Shown piece after piece: positions 24,641 to 38,438 of a stretch of 64,000 nucleotides of DNA. The notes below the pieces were generated by a model, which saw nothing but the letters and a program-made list of their open reading frames with translations, made no database searches and had not been told where the DNA came from. Origin of the DNA: Octopus vulgaris. Taxonomy: Eukaryota. A program made the translations under genes and the position numbers. How positions within the stretch are numbered: the first letter of the stretch is position 1; the number at the start of each line of letters is the position of its first letter. The stretch covers positions 28,272,001 through 28,336,000 of the forward strand of contig OX597825.1 in assembly GCA_951406725.2 (NCBI GenBank), written 5' to 3'.

Positions 24641-26959
24641 ACTAAAAGGCACCCATTATGTCTGGGCTTAGCGAATGTTTAATTGTAAGTGTTCCAGATG
24701 AGCAATAGCAGAGAAAAGACATTAGTTATTCATCAATCATAAACAATTCCTGATTCTTATTAAGTCTTTTGACTCAAATTCTTCAGTTTCCAAATTCTGA
24801 TAGAGAAGTTTCGTGATATTTCTCATCTATTTTGTTGCCACGAGATGAATATCTGTTGCTTTAGTTGTGTGTTGTCATTTCTTGTTTTCGTTGCTGCTGT
24901 TGTTGTTGTTATTCTTCTTCTTCTTCTTGCAGATTTGTTTTGTTTTGATTTGAGAAGTTATCGCTCTTTATATTATTATGACTCCATATTGTTTTTGGTA
25001 GTATTGTTGTTATTATTGTTGTTTGTTGTTCTTCTTGTTCTTGCTGTAACTATTGTTGTTGTACTTGGTGTCGCAGCAGATGTGTGTTGCTTGCTATTTG
25101 TTAATGTGGTTCGTGGTGTTGGTAAATTATGTTGTCTTTGTCTTACATTCAGTATTCCTTTTTGCTTGTATTTTCTTTGTCTTAAAGTATTTAACATTAT
25201 TTTTCATTGTGTATGTGCATGCATGTGTGTGTTTGTGTTTAAGTATGTTTTTTTTGTCTATGTATGAGTGTGTGTGTTTAAGTGTGTGTTTTTGTATATG
25301 TCTGTGTGAGCACTTGTGTTTGTGATTTCAATCATATTTTTCTTTCGACATTTATTTTGCTTCGTTTTCTTTTTCTTTTTTACATCAATGTTGATATGAC
25401 TAAGCACACAGATTGATTGATACAAGTTGATTTATAGACACTTCCGATTAAGCAAGAATATTGCATCCAGCATGAAATTCAGCATCGTCAGATCGTTGAA
25501 ACAACTCAAGATAAAATTATGAAAAAAATTTGCCAACGACATAATACTAAAGACAATGGAACATGAGAGACACTATGTGAGATCTCATCTTGCAAAAAAT
25601 TGTCAGCCTAATTCTTCTAACACAAAACACTATTGTCTTAAGGAAATAAGAAGCATGTAATCTATACTGTGAACCTGTACTAACTACGACTGAGAATTAA
25701 AAAGAACGGTTGGGACATTTTTGAGATTATACGACATTTTGATTATAATTTATCTAAAGTTAAACAAAAACGATAATATTCGCAAAAAGAACGAACTCTC
25801 AAAACAACGAAGCCCCAGTTCTCCTTTCGATCTTCTATAAATAAGAGCTGTTGCGTCTTCAACAAAGACTGTACTATATTAAGAAGGAATAAAGAGAACA
25901 TTGGATAAAATATCTGAAAAACGTCGGGCTGCTTATGCCTAGAAAATATTCGTACGCTTTTAATCATGTGTTCTCTCAACAAGAACTTACCTAATGCTAA
26001 CGATCGACAAATTTAGAGAACGAAAATATGTAATGGGCATAGGTTTCTTTAACTTCTCTTCCTTGTCGTTTATATATTTCCCTTAGAATGAGGATGAGAT
26101 TATCCGACGCATCATTTATTTGACATTTTCGTTATCGCTTTTATTGCTAATGATGTCGATAGAGTAGTAACGTTGATGATAATTCTTCAGCTCTGTTGGA
26201 TTGGAATTCAGAACAGAAAGCCGGAACAAATAACCCCTGACGTCCTAATTAACCAACCAACCAATCAATCATCCTAAGTGCAAATGCATAATACCATTAT
26301 TCATATGCTGTTGCTATATTTTTTCAAACCCAGATAAGTCCTCATTGAGCTGAACTATGTTCAAATCATTTCATCTATGTATCGCTTCTGTATTCCTAGC
26401 GGTAAAGAACCTAGAACGAAATTCAACAATGTGTGACTCCTTAAGTTGGTTGAATGTAATTTAAAGGAGATGGCGAACTGGCAGAACCGTTAGCATGTGC
26501 CAAACTGTGAAACCAATAGCTAGATTAAGCCTGAGTGATGGCAGAATCGTCAAAGCGTCGGAAAAACTGCTTTGCGCTATTTTGCACTATTTTTTCCGGT
26601 GGTTTAAGTCCGATTTCAAATCCCACCAATGTCAACTTTGCTTTTCATTTCTTCAGCTCCATGAAACAGCGCATCTTTCTAAAACTAGAGTCGATGAAAT
26701 CAGCTCAATCCCGATCACATCCCACCCTAAAATTCCCGGTCTTGTGCCTAAATCGGGAACCAATATTTAGCAAGGTTTCTTCAAATACGGAGCTGAAATC
26801 TTTGAAATGCAATTTTTTGCCGATCAAATATGTAGGTGTACCTCTTAAAATTCTTACAACTGGGTTGCTTTGAGCAATGGACTATCGTTTTGTCCAGAGA
26901 AAGCTGAGTATGTCTCTTGTGTGCTGATCACTCGAGACCAGAAAGTAGAAACATCATCA

Positions 26960-28232
26960 TGTAGGGGCCCAGAGAATTTACACATTATTTAAAGTACCAA
27001 GAACTGTCGATATACTAGTATATTTGGATATATGACGTGAAATATAACGAAGTGAATTTACAAAAATGTACAAAAATGTCGGCTGATAAAATTTAAATGA
27101 TCAAATTGACGCGCCAAATAAGGCCAGTTTAGTACGTTTATATCAAAGGAAGACACTGGTAGAATGTGTCATATAAAACATCTTTCACACGTAGCGTTTT
27201 TGAGAAAAGCTTATATTTAGGAAGTTATTTCAGGTTAAAGTTGTAGTATTTCGGTAATTTCAACCAATAAATGACGTGTGTTCAGCTGAATAAAATTACT
27301 GCTGTTGTTTTTCAACAAGAACTCCCGGCGTTGTATATTTCGTTTGTCACTGTTATTTATGACAACCCTAACCCTAAAGCCCTATCTTTAACCCTAAAAC
27401 CTTAACCCTAACCCTAAAACCCTTACCCTAAAACCCTAACCCTAACCCTAAAACCCCAACCCTAACCGTAAAATCCTAACCCTAAAACCCTAACCCTAAC
27501 CCTGAAACCGTAAAGCTAAAACCAGTACAAACGCACAAACGATGTCATAAATAACAGTGACAAACGAAAAATACACCGCTGATAGTTGCTGTTGATAAAC
27601 AACGGCAGTAATTTTATTCAACTAAATACACGTGATTGATTGGTTGAAATTAGCAAAATATGAGAACTTTAACCTGAAATAACTTCCTAAATATAAGCTT
27701 TTTCTCAAAAACGCTAAGAGTAAAACATGTTTTATATGACACATTCTACCAGTGTGCGAAGTTTGAAAGTGTTTAGTTACAAAAAAATCTTTTAAAAATC
27801 TGTCGATCAAAAGGTAAAGATCGTTGTATGCCAACCAACGTGGCTGCCAGAATTAAGTTGATAACAAACCAAGCGTAATTCTTACCCTTTCTTCCTCTCT
27901 GTCAGCAGAACGTACTTGGCTTACACTCTACCAATTGCCAGCGAGCGACCAATACATTGTAATATTGTCAATTATTGTATCTGTCTAACTAACCACTGCC
28001 GGCAAATAAATCTGTGAATATTATTCTTTTCTCTTCGATGTTGTTATTACGTTGTTTCATCCTACTTTCGACTATTTGCATACAGCGATCCAACGCGCAA
28101 CGAGAATTCCAATTTCTACATAGAGTAACTTTTCATCTGTACGATACGATTGGTACCTCCGTGAGATCCTTACAATCGTACATTACATATGGTGACCCTT
28201 CACATTCTACCACTACATTTGGTAACACCGAC
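26960..28232 (+). mobile_element. probable Gypsy-type LTR (interrupted by a foldback element) followed by a primer-binding site
   Basis: Starts TGTAGGGG and ends CCACTACA (28217); AATAAA near 28005; then TT-TGGTAACACCGAC resembling a TGGTGACCCCGAC PBS. A second TTACA-TA-TGGTGACCC lies just upstream. Confidence 0.5.
27153..27822. mobile_element. foldback/MITE with ~210-bp inverted arms around a degenerate telomere-like (CCCTAA/AAAACCCT) core
   Basis: 27153-27364 is the reverse complement of ~27543-27755; core at 27365-27520; outer arm sequence is shared with 22201-22290. Confidence 0.85.
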
Positions 28233-29239
28233 ACGCACAATGTGTGTGTGTGTGTGTAAAAACTAACACTTCCTTTTTCTGAGCTGAGATTCGAAACCAA
28301 ATCTAAGGATTCTCGCTCGTTTGATCCACCACTGACCAAACAGGCGCGAAAGACATTTCTTTGTCCTGTCAAAAAAAATTATGGATGCTTTCCCTTCGAC
28401 CTCAGCCGTTTCATCAAAGGTTCAAGCGGACAGGAGGCAACCTACATAGGTAGGAATTTCTCCTGTGGTATCTCTGTCTCTCTCGCTGTCACAACCATTA
28501 TAAATACAGAAATTCGTCAAGGGACGAGACAGACAGAGAAATAGCCGGCGGCGAGACGGCCAGCAAGTAACTTCGCCATTTAAGCAGGCAACAGAGATCC
28601 AATATTCAACATGAACGACAGTAGCAGTCGCAGAACATAAACAGACAACACCGAATGACCAACGCACACATAGACACAAAACATGTCCGGTTCTACTTCA
28701 TCATATCGACACAGCATTTATTCAGTTAATTTCTTCTTGACGAGCTCTTTGGTGTATACAACAAGTAAATGCAAGTGTCGTTTAAATAAATCATTTAAAC
28801 TACACTCCGATGTTTTCTCATTGTTTACTTTGACGTTGTCCACATGCTTATTTCATCTGCTACCTCAACATCTTTTATTACACCCTTCGTTATTCTACAT
28901 AAAGTTATTTTCGACAATAATTGCTTAACCTAATTTCACTATTGTTGTTCATGTATGTGTTCAAAATTACTAAAATATACGCAGATTTACACATAGATAT
29001 GTGATCTTACAAGCTGCTTACATTTTCTAAAGGTTTTCAAGGAACAGTAGATTTAGTTTCCGCAAAAGTTGCGCATTTACAACATATTTGATTCATTCCA
29101 TGCAACAAATGTACATTATATGTTATTATTCACATTCACTGCAAAAGTTCCCTGAAGAACTTTATTTCAGGTAAATATATGAAGCGGCACCAACACACCT
29201 TGGCCTTCTGAATTTTCTATCTGTAATTTCAAATTCTTT

Positions 29240-29339
29240 NNNNNNNNNNNNNNNNNNNNNNNNNNNNNNNNNNNNNNNNNNNNNNNNNNNNNNNNNNNNN
29301 NNNNNNNNNNNNNNNNNNNNNNNNNNNNNNNNNNNNNNN
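29240..29339. other. assembly gap (100 N)
   Basis: Run of N. Confidence 1.
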
Positions 29340-29442
29340 GTATGGATGTAACTCTACCCTCGTAGATATATTTATATATGTGTATATATGTGTGCATGTA
29401 ACACAACCCTCGTATATATGCTCATGTGTGTGTGTCCTTGTA

Positions 29443-29497
<55 letters not shown>

Positions 29498-29873
29498 AAC
29501 TCCCTTCATAATTAGCTAGGCTACTTTGTGTAAGGATGGTGTGACACCACTTTCAGTGTATACATTGTTAGAAAGAATAAGAGAAGCTGAAGGCTAAAAT
29601 TTGTCTACAGACAATTCGGAAAAGCCAATAACACCAGGAAGAGTCACTGGTTCCTGGTGGTGTAGCTCAGTGAGATTACAAAACGTCAGAATGGTTGTGG
29701 TGGGTATTCATTTGACGTAACCCAATTCAATGATAATTGATCTGGAGTGAAACACCCACATCACCGGTAGCAATTATGCATCAGTGTGTCTAGAAAGGCA
29801 AATGGATTTATTTATTTTGGATACATACTTTTAGATTTATGAAAGAATATAGTTGTTGGTTGTGTTTTGTTTT

Positions 29874-29978
29874 TATAGATGTTTTCGATCAGGTTTGGAT
29901 TCTTTGCCATCAAAAATTTGATGGCAAAGAATTCAGATTTGATGGCAACGAATCCAAACCTGAACGAAAACATCTATA
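29874..29978. repeat. nested inverted repeat
   Basis: TATAGATGTTTTCG.TCAGGTTTGGATTC.TTGCCATCAAA pairs with 29938-29978; a partial third copy TTTGATGGCAAAGAAT lies in the loop. Confidence 0.85.
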
Positions 29979-31191
29979 TATATTCAATTTTGAAGTAAAA
30001 ATCTGAAGGAGGTTTCAAATGATTCGAAGAGTGGATCGAATCTTCTACGTGGCCCTACAATACACCTGAAATGGTAATCAAATTTCACTGAAATTAAACT
30101 TCAATATTTTCAAATGAAATGAAATTAAACCGACAGTTTGTGTTACATAATACAGTCGAGGAAATTATGTCTACAAATAAGACGAGACGGTGACGTCTGA
30201 AACATTTCGCTCATAAATCTGCCTCTTGAGAACTGACCTGCGGCTCATCAACAACAAAACCACCACAAGCAACAACAACTGCTGCTACTACAACCACAAG
30301 AACAACCACAACCAATTATTTTCAGTTGAATCCAAACAAAGTATTATTGTCATTTAAGTTTTCTAGACATTAAATCATTTCCTTTATCATTAATTATTAA
30401 TATCGAATTAATTCAATCAATGATAAACCAAAAATCGTTTATATATGACCCTATAATTTTCCCCAGCGTTCTACAGCAATTTTCTTGTGTGTGCTTTTCT
30501 AAATTTGTTGTTGTTGCTATTCTTCTGTTTCATTTCTCGTTTATTAATATTGTATTTCTTCTTCAATTTTGTATCATCATATTTTTTATTTTTTACATAA
30601 TATAAAAAGTAAAGAATTTATGTTAAGAAAATCGTTTCAAATAATTCAAATTATTATTATTATTATTTTTTTTAATTTTGCTTTATCAGATAATCTTCCG
30701 GTGTGAAGCAGCTCATTTATCATTTAAAATTTTCCATTGTATAAAACAATATTCTTTTTATTTGTTTATTCATTTCTTATGTTGTTCTTGTTGTGATGTT
30801 GTTTCTTAAATGTTTCTTTCCTTTATTTTTTTTTTATCAGTAAACATTTATTTATTTAATCGTTTATATATTATATTAAACTGACAAAGTCTGAAAAATA
30901 GGGAAGAAAATATTATTTAATTTTTAATATTAAATATTGATAGTGTTCACTTACAAGTGAGTCGAGAATAAACAGATAAGTGAGAGAACCTCTATGATAA
31001 AAATAAAAATAATAAAATATGGGAACCTTCATGTAGGTAAGCACCTTCCTATGCCTGTTGGCCATGACAGAAAATATTGTATGATTGACAAATTGGAAAA
31101 AAAATTTATGTCATACTTTCTACTGTCCCAAGTTCCTGTCACCTTTTTCGAGTTCCTTTTCGAAATATAGGTGAGGCTGAAAGAGTGATTA

Positions 31192-31590
31192 CCTATTTCT
31201 TTATTACCCACAAGGGGCTAAACACAGAGGAGACAAACAAGGACAGACATAGGTATTAAGTCGATTACATCGACCCCAGTGCGTAACTGGCACTTAATTT
31301 ATCGACCCCGAAAGGATGAAAGGCAAAGTCGACCTCGGCGGAATTTGAACTCACAACGTAACGCAGACGAAATACCTATTTCTTTATTACCCACTAGGGG
31401 CTAAACATAGAGGAGACAAACATGGACAGACATAGGTATTAAGTCGATTACATCGACCCCAGTGCGTAACTGGTACTTAATTTATCGACCCCGAAAGGAT
31501 GAAAGGCAAAGTCGACCTCGGCGGAATTTGAACTCAGAACGTAACGGCAGACGAAATCCCGCTAAGCATTTCGCCCGGCGTGCTAACGTT
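31192..31590 (-). mobile_element. SINE family D tandem dimer (one head plus repeated ~185-bp body)
   Basis: Junction on the plus strand GACGAAATAC|CTATTTCTTT at ~31375. Confidence 0.88.
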
Positions 31591-32154
31591 ATAAGACAAT
31601 CTTCTGAAATGTGGTGTTTGTGGCGTGAATGAGTCATGCAAATGAGTCTAAATTCATCATGCGCTTGTGCGTTGAACAACACAGTTAAGAGAGTGACCGT
31701 TAAGTTGTTATTCGGGAAAGTACTGAATCTGTGGAGTTTTCAAAGCCCCAGCAAATGTTCTTATGCTCATTTATATACAGTTTATACCATCACTTTTATT
31801 CAACATCTTTGCAAACCTACATCGCTACCTGTAACTTGTCTTTACCAATCGTTCTTGTAGAAACAATAGAAAAACGATTTGCGCTTTGGTTAATATAATT
31901 TGCAGCAAACCTTCCGCTCTTTACGTTCTGAATTCAAATTCCGCCGACGGCGGCAGTATTGTTTAACATTTCACGGTCGATAAAATACGTACCAGTTCAG
32001 CACTGGGGAATGTGTAATTGATTTTACCTCCGCTCTTAAATCTCCGAGCCTTGTTATTGCCGTTGTTATTACCGCTGTTGTATAACATAGTAAAGTGAAA
32101 CTGGATGGAATAATGTAAACCAGAGCACGAAGCTGGCGCAAGAGAATATAAAAG

Positions 32155-32640
32155 AGGAATGATGTTGCAAGTATGATCCATTGAGAACCATGTGACAAGT
32201 ATGTATTTGCTGGAGCAAAGTGGTTACATAGGGAAAGCGCAGAAGGAGTAACCGAGAATGATAAAGTAAAGATACTGTGGTATGTGATGATCCCATGTTA
32301 CAATGAAATTGAAGATCGAAATCCAGGCACAGTCGATGTGAATTAAGACGAAAATTCCTGTTTCACCATAGACATTGGTTACCCTGGTGATACCAGAGAT
32401 TCGGAAAGAAAAGAAAAGCAAGTTAGATATGATGATTTTGAGAAATAAATAGATTGAAAACTTTGGTCAAAGAAAGTGAGTGATATTTACTCTTGTTGTT
32501 GTTGTTCTAAGTACCAAGCTCATCAACTAGATTGAACAGACAGGATCAAATATGAAGGTAGAACATCTACAAAAAACAATACTGCTTGGAACTACATGAA
32601 TCCATAGAGTTTACAAAATTTGAATGAAGAGTATTATCCT
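32155..32640 (+). mobile_element. old degraded R4-clade RLE-domain fragment
   Basis: Plus-strand DVASMIH*..EGVTENDKVKILW..IEDRNPG and LQKTILLGTT remnants parallel the RLE region of the Dong copies. Confidence 0.6.
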
Positions 32641-33253
32641 ATTTCACTGATTGTGGAGAGATGACATTCTCTCACGCCCTCCTGCGTAGATGCTTTACAA
32701 AAAAGAATAATGCTAACAATGGTTTCACGTTGACCAGTGTAAACGAAAACATTTTTCGCACAAGCTGTGAGTTTTAAAAAATGGTTGGGGATAGCGCGGG
32801 AACGCTTGATTCACACAAGTTAGCAAAGGTTCGAATTTATTATTCAAATGATCAAATTGTCAAACGACAATTTGCGGAAGACTTAGAATAACTCGTTACT
32901 TGATATGTAGTGTCACAGAACTCCTTATTGCCTTCAGCTGACAGGAGAGGACGAACGAAGGAAAACCAATCTGCTTCCGACACCCCAATCATAGCATCAA
33001 GAAAAACTGGCTCAACAACAGGTAGAATCAAAAAATAACTGCAGCAATAGCGGGGAGAAACAACACCAACAACAGAAAAACAACAGAACGCATGCAACAA
33101 CAACAATATTAGGAACAGGAACTGGCAAGACTAAAATATCAGCAGAAACGGGCATTACAGACTTAGTATCCAATACAGTGTTGTTGTTGTTGTTGTTGTT
33201 GCTGCTGCTGCTGCTGCTGCTGTTGTTGTTGTTGTTGTTGCTGCTGCTGCTGC

Positions 33254-33284
<31 letters not shown>

Positions 33285-33745
33285 AAGGTCACCCTTGTTG
33301 ATGCTTCCTGGTCTTTTAATTTGTTGGTTTCACGGTGGAACTGACCATGAAATTCCATACGGAGTAGGGTTTCTTCCCTGGTTATTCTTGTTCAGAATTC
33401 ATGAGCACCCTCAAGTTCATCTTTGTTAAATCCTTCTGCATTAGCATCGTACTGTAACAGGTCTTCTTTGCTGTTTACCAAATATTCTGCCATGTTTCTT
33501 CTTTCACTGCTGATACATTTCCCTACGTTAATCAACCCACGTCCACCCTTACCTCTCTTCAAGAAGATCCTGTGTACATTCGCCATAGGATGGAGGGCAC
33601 CATGCATTGTCATTGTCTTTCGAGTAGTGCGATCGAGTTGATCAATCTCCGCTTGTGTCCATCTCAGGATGGATGCACTATAGTGGACTACAGCAACAGC
33701 CCATATCTTGATGGCAATAACAAGGTTCCTTGAGTTGAGCATCGA
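33285..33745 (-). mobile_element. R4/Dong fragment (third subfamily)
   Basis: LNSRNLVIAIKIWAVAVVHYSASILRW..LDRTTRKTMTMHGALHP..RIFLKRGKGGRGL; HGQFHRET. Confidence 0.85.
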
Positions 33746-33765
33746 TATTATTATTATTATTATTA

Positions 33766-33819
<54 letters not shown>

Positions 33820-33822
<3 letters not shown>

Positions 33823-36318
33823 GTTTGACTTTTGCTTTATATTTGTACAAGTTGGCTCCAAGTCTCACCCGGAGACCTCAAGAGACAACAGGTTGGAAGT
33901 TCACGTTGTTGTTATGCCTAGTGTGTCATATATTTGGTTGTTTTTTGTGTTGTACTGGTGGATGTCTAAAAAAAATGTTTGTTTTAAACCTTGAGATTAC
34001 ATAGAAAGTATTTTGCGTAGGATATGAGCAGTTCCCATGAGCACTATCTTTTGAATTTCTGCCATTTTGGGGTTTCCTGGTATCTGAGTTAGGTAGCTAT
34101 CAGCCCCTTTTGCTATCATTCCCAGGGCACCTATGACAACAGGTATTGTTTTAGTCTTCAGCTTCCACATTTTGCTGATTTCTATTTCAAGATCTTTATA
34201 TTTGCTCAGTTTTTGGTAGGTCTTGACAGTTACGTTTATATCGATTGGGACAGTCATATCAATGAGGAGGCATGTTCTTTGTTTCAAGTCTTTCAATATG
34301 ATGTCTGGCCTATTTGCATCTATCTTTCTGTCAGTTTGAATGGTGAAGTTCCAGAGGAGTGAGATGTGGTCATTTTCAAGCACTGGGGGTGGTTTGTGTT
34401 CCCACCAGTGTTTTTCATGGGGCAAATCCAGGTTTTTGCAGATTACCCAGTGAATATATTGTGCAGCTCTATCGTGCCTGTTGAGATACTCTGTAGGCGC
34501 TAGAAGACTGCACTTGGAGACCACATGATCAATGGTTTCATTTTGTTGCTGGCATACACGACACGTTGGACTGCTTCTGATCTTTAATATGTTGGCCTGG
34601 CAGTTTCTTGTTGGTAGGCATTGATCTTGAGCTGCTATGATAAACCCCTCTGTTTCAGATTTTAAGCCAGAGGCCATTAGCCATTGATGGGTCAGGGCTT
34701 TGTCAACATCTGCATTATTCGCTCTCTTTGGGTATTTGCCATAGAGAGGTTTTTCTTGCCATTTATCATTCAGAATATCTAAAGCCGCAGATTTAGCACG
34801 GGTTTTCATGCGCTTAGCTTTTTCTGTGCCTGTTTCTTGTATGCCTATCTCTAATTCCGAAATTTGTTGTATTCGGAATTCACTTAGATATTTCTTTGCC
34901 TGTTTTGTTACTGAGTATGATGCTTTCTTGTTTTCATGTTTTGAGACAAGTTTTAACATCCAGTCCTCAGAGTTTTTCAGGTAGGTGCCTAGGCCAATTG
35001 TAGCAATCTTCATTGTTATTGCCAGTTGTAAAAGTCCACGGCCTCCCTCTTTTCTTGGCAGATAAAGTCGTTCTGTATCTGCCTTAGGGTGGTGTATTCT
35101 ATGCATTGTCAACAGTTTTCGTATTTTTCTGTCAAGATTACATATTTCAGTAATTGACCAGTTAACGATATTGAAACTGTAAGTCACGACTGGTATGGCT
35201 AATGCATTGATCGCTTCGATCCTGTTTCTCGCATTCAGCTCTGTCTTGAGTATTGCTCTTACTCTGCGATAACATTCTCTCCTGATCCTTTCCTTCATCT
35301 CTGAATGCCTTATTCCGTCTCCTTCAATTACCCATAGATACTTGTAGTTCTCTGCTGGGTCTAATTCTTTTGTGACATTCTGCTGGTCAAGGCTAACGTT
35401 AGATGTTTCTGTCATTTTTCCTTTGATAAAGGTAGCTTTTGCATACTTATCGAGGCCAAATTGCATTCTGATGTCATCACTGAATTGTTTGACAATCGCT
35501 AGTTAGCCCTTGAGTTGTTGGTCATTTTTTGCAAAGAGCTTTAAATCATCCATGTAAATGAGATGATTTATATTTTTATCAAACATTTTATATCCGTACT
35601 GCCCGTCATTGAGCAGTTTTGAGAGAGGTATTAAGGCTAAACAGAAGAGGAGTGGTGACAGTGAGTCACCCTGGAAAATGCCACGTGAAATTTTTACATC
35701 ACCAGCATTTAGAGATTCATTGTCACTGTTCAAAGTTAGTGTGGTTCTCCATGATCTCATACTTACAGACAAAAAGTTTCGCAGAGCAGGTGCTATCTTA
35801 TAATATTTCTAGGCATTTCTTAATCCAGCTATGTGGTAGGTTATCAAAAGCCTTTTCATAGTCTATCCAGGCTATTGATAAGTTTTTGTGTCGTTTGTGA
35901 CAATCTTCTAAGATCATCTTATTGATGAGTAGTTGATCTTTACAACCGTAGGATTCACGTTTACATACTTTCTGTTCATTAGGGAATATGCTGCTGTCTG
36001 TCAAAAAACTATAGGTATATTCCGTCAGGACAGATGTTAGTGTTTTATACATAGTTGTTAAGCAGGTTATGGGTCTATAGTTTTTTGGTTCATTTGTTTC
36101 TTCACTTTTTAGAAGCAGGAATGTTAACCCATTAACTAGCCAAGGAGGCATCCTACTAGGGTGTTGCAGAACATCATTGTAAAGTTCTGTTAGCAGTTCA
36201 TGGCTCTCTGGGAAGGCATTCAACCAAAAGTTAGGGATTTTATCCTTTCCTGGAGACTTCCATTTGCTTGACCTCCTGAGAGCAGATCTTATATCTTCTA
36301 CCTTGACACCCTCCCACT
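33820..36318 (-). mobile_element. R4/Dong-clade non-LTR retrotransposon, 5'-truncated, with RT, CCHC and RLE (disrupted ORF)
   Basis: WKSPGKDKIPNFW, NYRPITCL, WIDYEKAFD, GIFQGDSLSPLLF, YMDDLKLF, CRVCQQQNETIDHVVSKC, RHD, ANRPDII; ORF pieces at 35798-36318, 35503-35772 and 33997-35466; (TTA)n on both sides. Confidence 0.95.
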
Positions 36319-36354
36319 TTATTATTATCATTATTATTATTATTATTATTATTA

Positions 36355-36415
<61 letters not shown>

Positions 36416-36652
36416 CATTATTATTATTAATATTATTATTATTAATATAAGGCAGTGAATTGGAAGAATCGCTAGCACGTTGGACAAAATGCTTAGCAGC
36501 AATTCTTCCGGCTTTACGTACAGAGTTCGAACTCCGACGACGTTCACTTTGCATTTCATCATTTCAATCGAATCCACTGGAATGAATTGGATCGAAAGTT
36601 TCCCCGACTTCCCAAGCTTAATTTGTCAGGCCTTTTGCCGATAACACAAAGA

Positions 36653-36684
<32 letters not shown>

Positions 36685-37495
36685 AAGAACTGTCACGCAG
36701 GTGTTCGAATGTTACGCTTTAAACATTGAAATCTGCGATGTAATCGAAAACTCTAAGATAATGAAACACGTCCTGATGTCATGTCTCCAACAGTTTTAAA
36801 CTATACACAACTAAATTGAAGATATAATTGGAAACTTTAACATAATGAAACAACGTTATGATGTAATACATGTGATATAGAAAATAGAAATACGATCATT
36901 TGTGTAATGTAGAATATCTACAGGCTCCACTAGATATTGTTACTGTTGCTTTTGCGGTTGTTTTTATTGTTGTCATGCGTAGATTACATGAAATTAAAAA
37001 AAAAGAAAAAGAAGAAAAAGAAAACAAGTCAACGTGTCTTTAATAGTTCCTCCTTGATTTGTCACAATATTTACACTCTCTAACCAAAGTTAGAAATATG
37101 TTCTCCGGATGCTATATCATGGAATACAAATAGGGCTTATATTCATATTTCTTTCCCATTTAAGAGAAGAATTTATATTTTCATTATCTTGTCGGAACCG
37201 ATTCATTTAAGCACTCCAACATTGTTTGAGTTGCATATGCGAGATATTTCTCATATTAATGGCATATAAATTCGTCCTTCGAAGGGTGGAAAGAAAGTAA
37301 CGGTGTCTACTGAATCAGTACTTAAATGAAGAATTACAATACTTATGATAAAAGCGATGTCTTTGTGTAAGACCTACACAAGTAACAACTGTCAGCGGTA
37401 ACAGTGACATAACAAAATACATCACAAGTAATAACAGAGACGAAAAGTAATTGAAACTAAACGAATGAGAACTGTTTCCACAGTTATACTTTTAA

Positions 37496-37715
37496 CCCTT
37501 TCGTTACCAACCCGGCCAAAACCGGCTCTGGCTCTGAGTTCAAGTATCTTATTTTCATAAGTTTTGACTTAAAATCTTCCATCAAACCTTAGTCACAATT
37601 TATGTTTGTAACACTCGCTTAACGATAACTAGGTTATTTTACTAAATTCTTTATTATATTTAAAGTAATTGAAAGAAACACAGGGCATCTCAAAATAAAT
37701 ACAGTAACGAAAGGG
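37496..37715. mobile_element. piggyBac-type MITE
   Basis: TTAA-CCCTTTCGTTAC...GTAACGAAAGGG-TTAA. Confidence 0.88.
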
Positions 37716-37924
37716 TTAAGGCCCCAAATTTAAAGGTTCTTCGTCGTTCTCGGCGAGCTGCAGTCAATCGTTCGGCCTACACTATTCGTACTCGTGAAAT
37801 TAATGCTGGTTGTTGAATGTTGTAGAGGCCAAATAAACATGATGCAATACAACAAGGTTTGACACTTTGAATTCAGGATACAATCCACAGACACAGAAAC
37901 AGAAAGATACACACACACACACTA

Positions 37925-38335
37925 TCTCTTTTACACTTTTATTTGTTTCAGTCATTTGACTGTGGCCATACCGGAGCACCGCCTTTCAGTCGTGGAAATC
38001 GACCCCAGGACTTATTCTTTGTAAGCCTAGTACTTATTCTTTCGGTCTCTTTCGCCGAACCGCTAAGTTACGGAGACGTAAACACACCGGCATCGGTTGT
38101 CAAGCGATGGTGGGGGACAAACACAGGCACAAATATACACACACACATACACATATATATATACATATATACGACGGGCTTCGTTCAGTTTTCGTCTACC
38201 AAATCCACTCACAAGGCTTTGGTCGGCTCGAGGCTATAGTAGAAGACACTTGCCCAAGGTGCCACACAGTGGGACTGAACCCGGAACCATGTGGTTAGTA
38301 AGCACGCCACTTACCACACAGTCACTCCTACGCCT
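37925..38335 (-). mobile_element. SINE family C, full length
   Basis: Reverse complement of 12956-13385. Confidence 0.9.
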
Positions 38336-38371
38336 ACAAAGCATAAAGTGTTTAGGTTTGAAGAGTAAGTT

Positions 38372-38438
<67 letters not shown>

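Noticed and set aside
27365-27520. True telomere or chromosome fusion site
   Set aside because: The repeats are degenerate and enclosed by transposon inverted arms.
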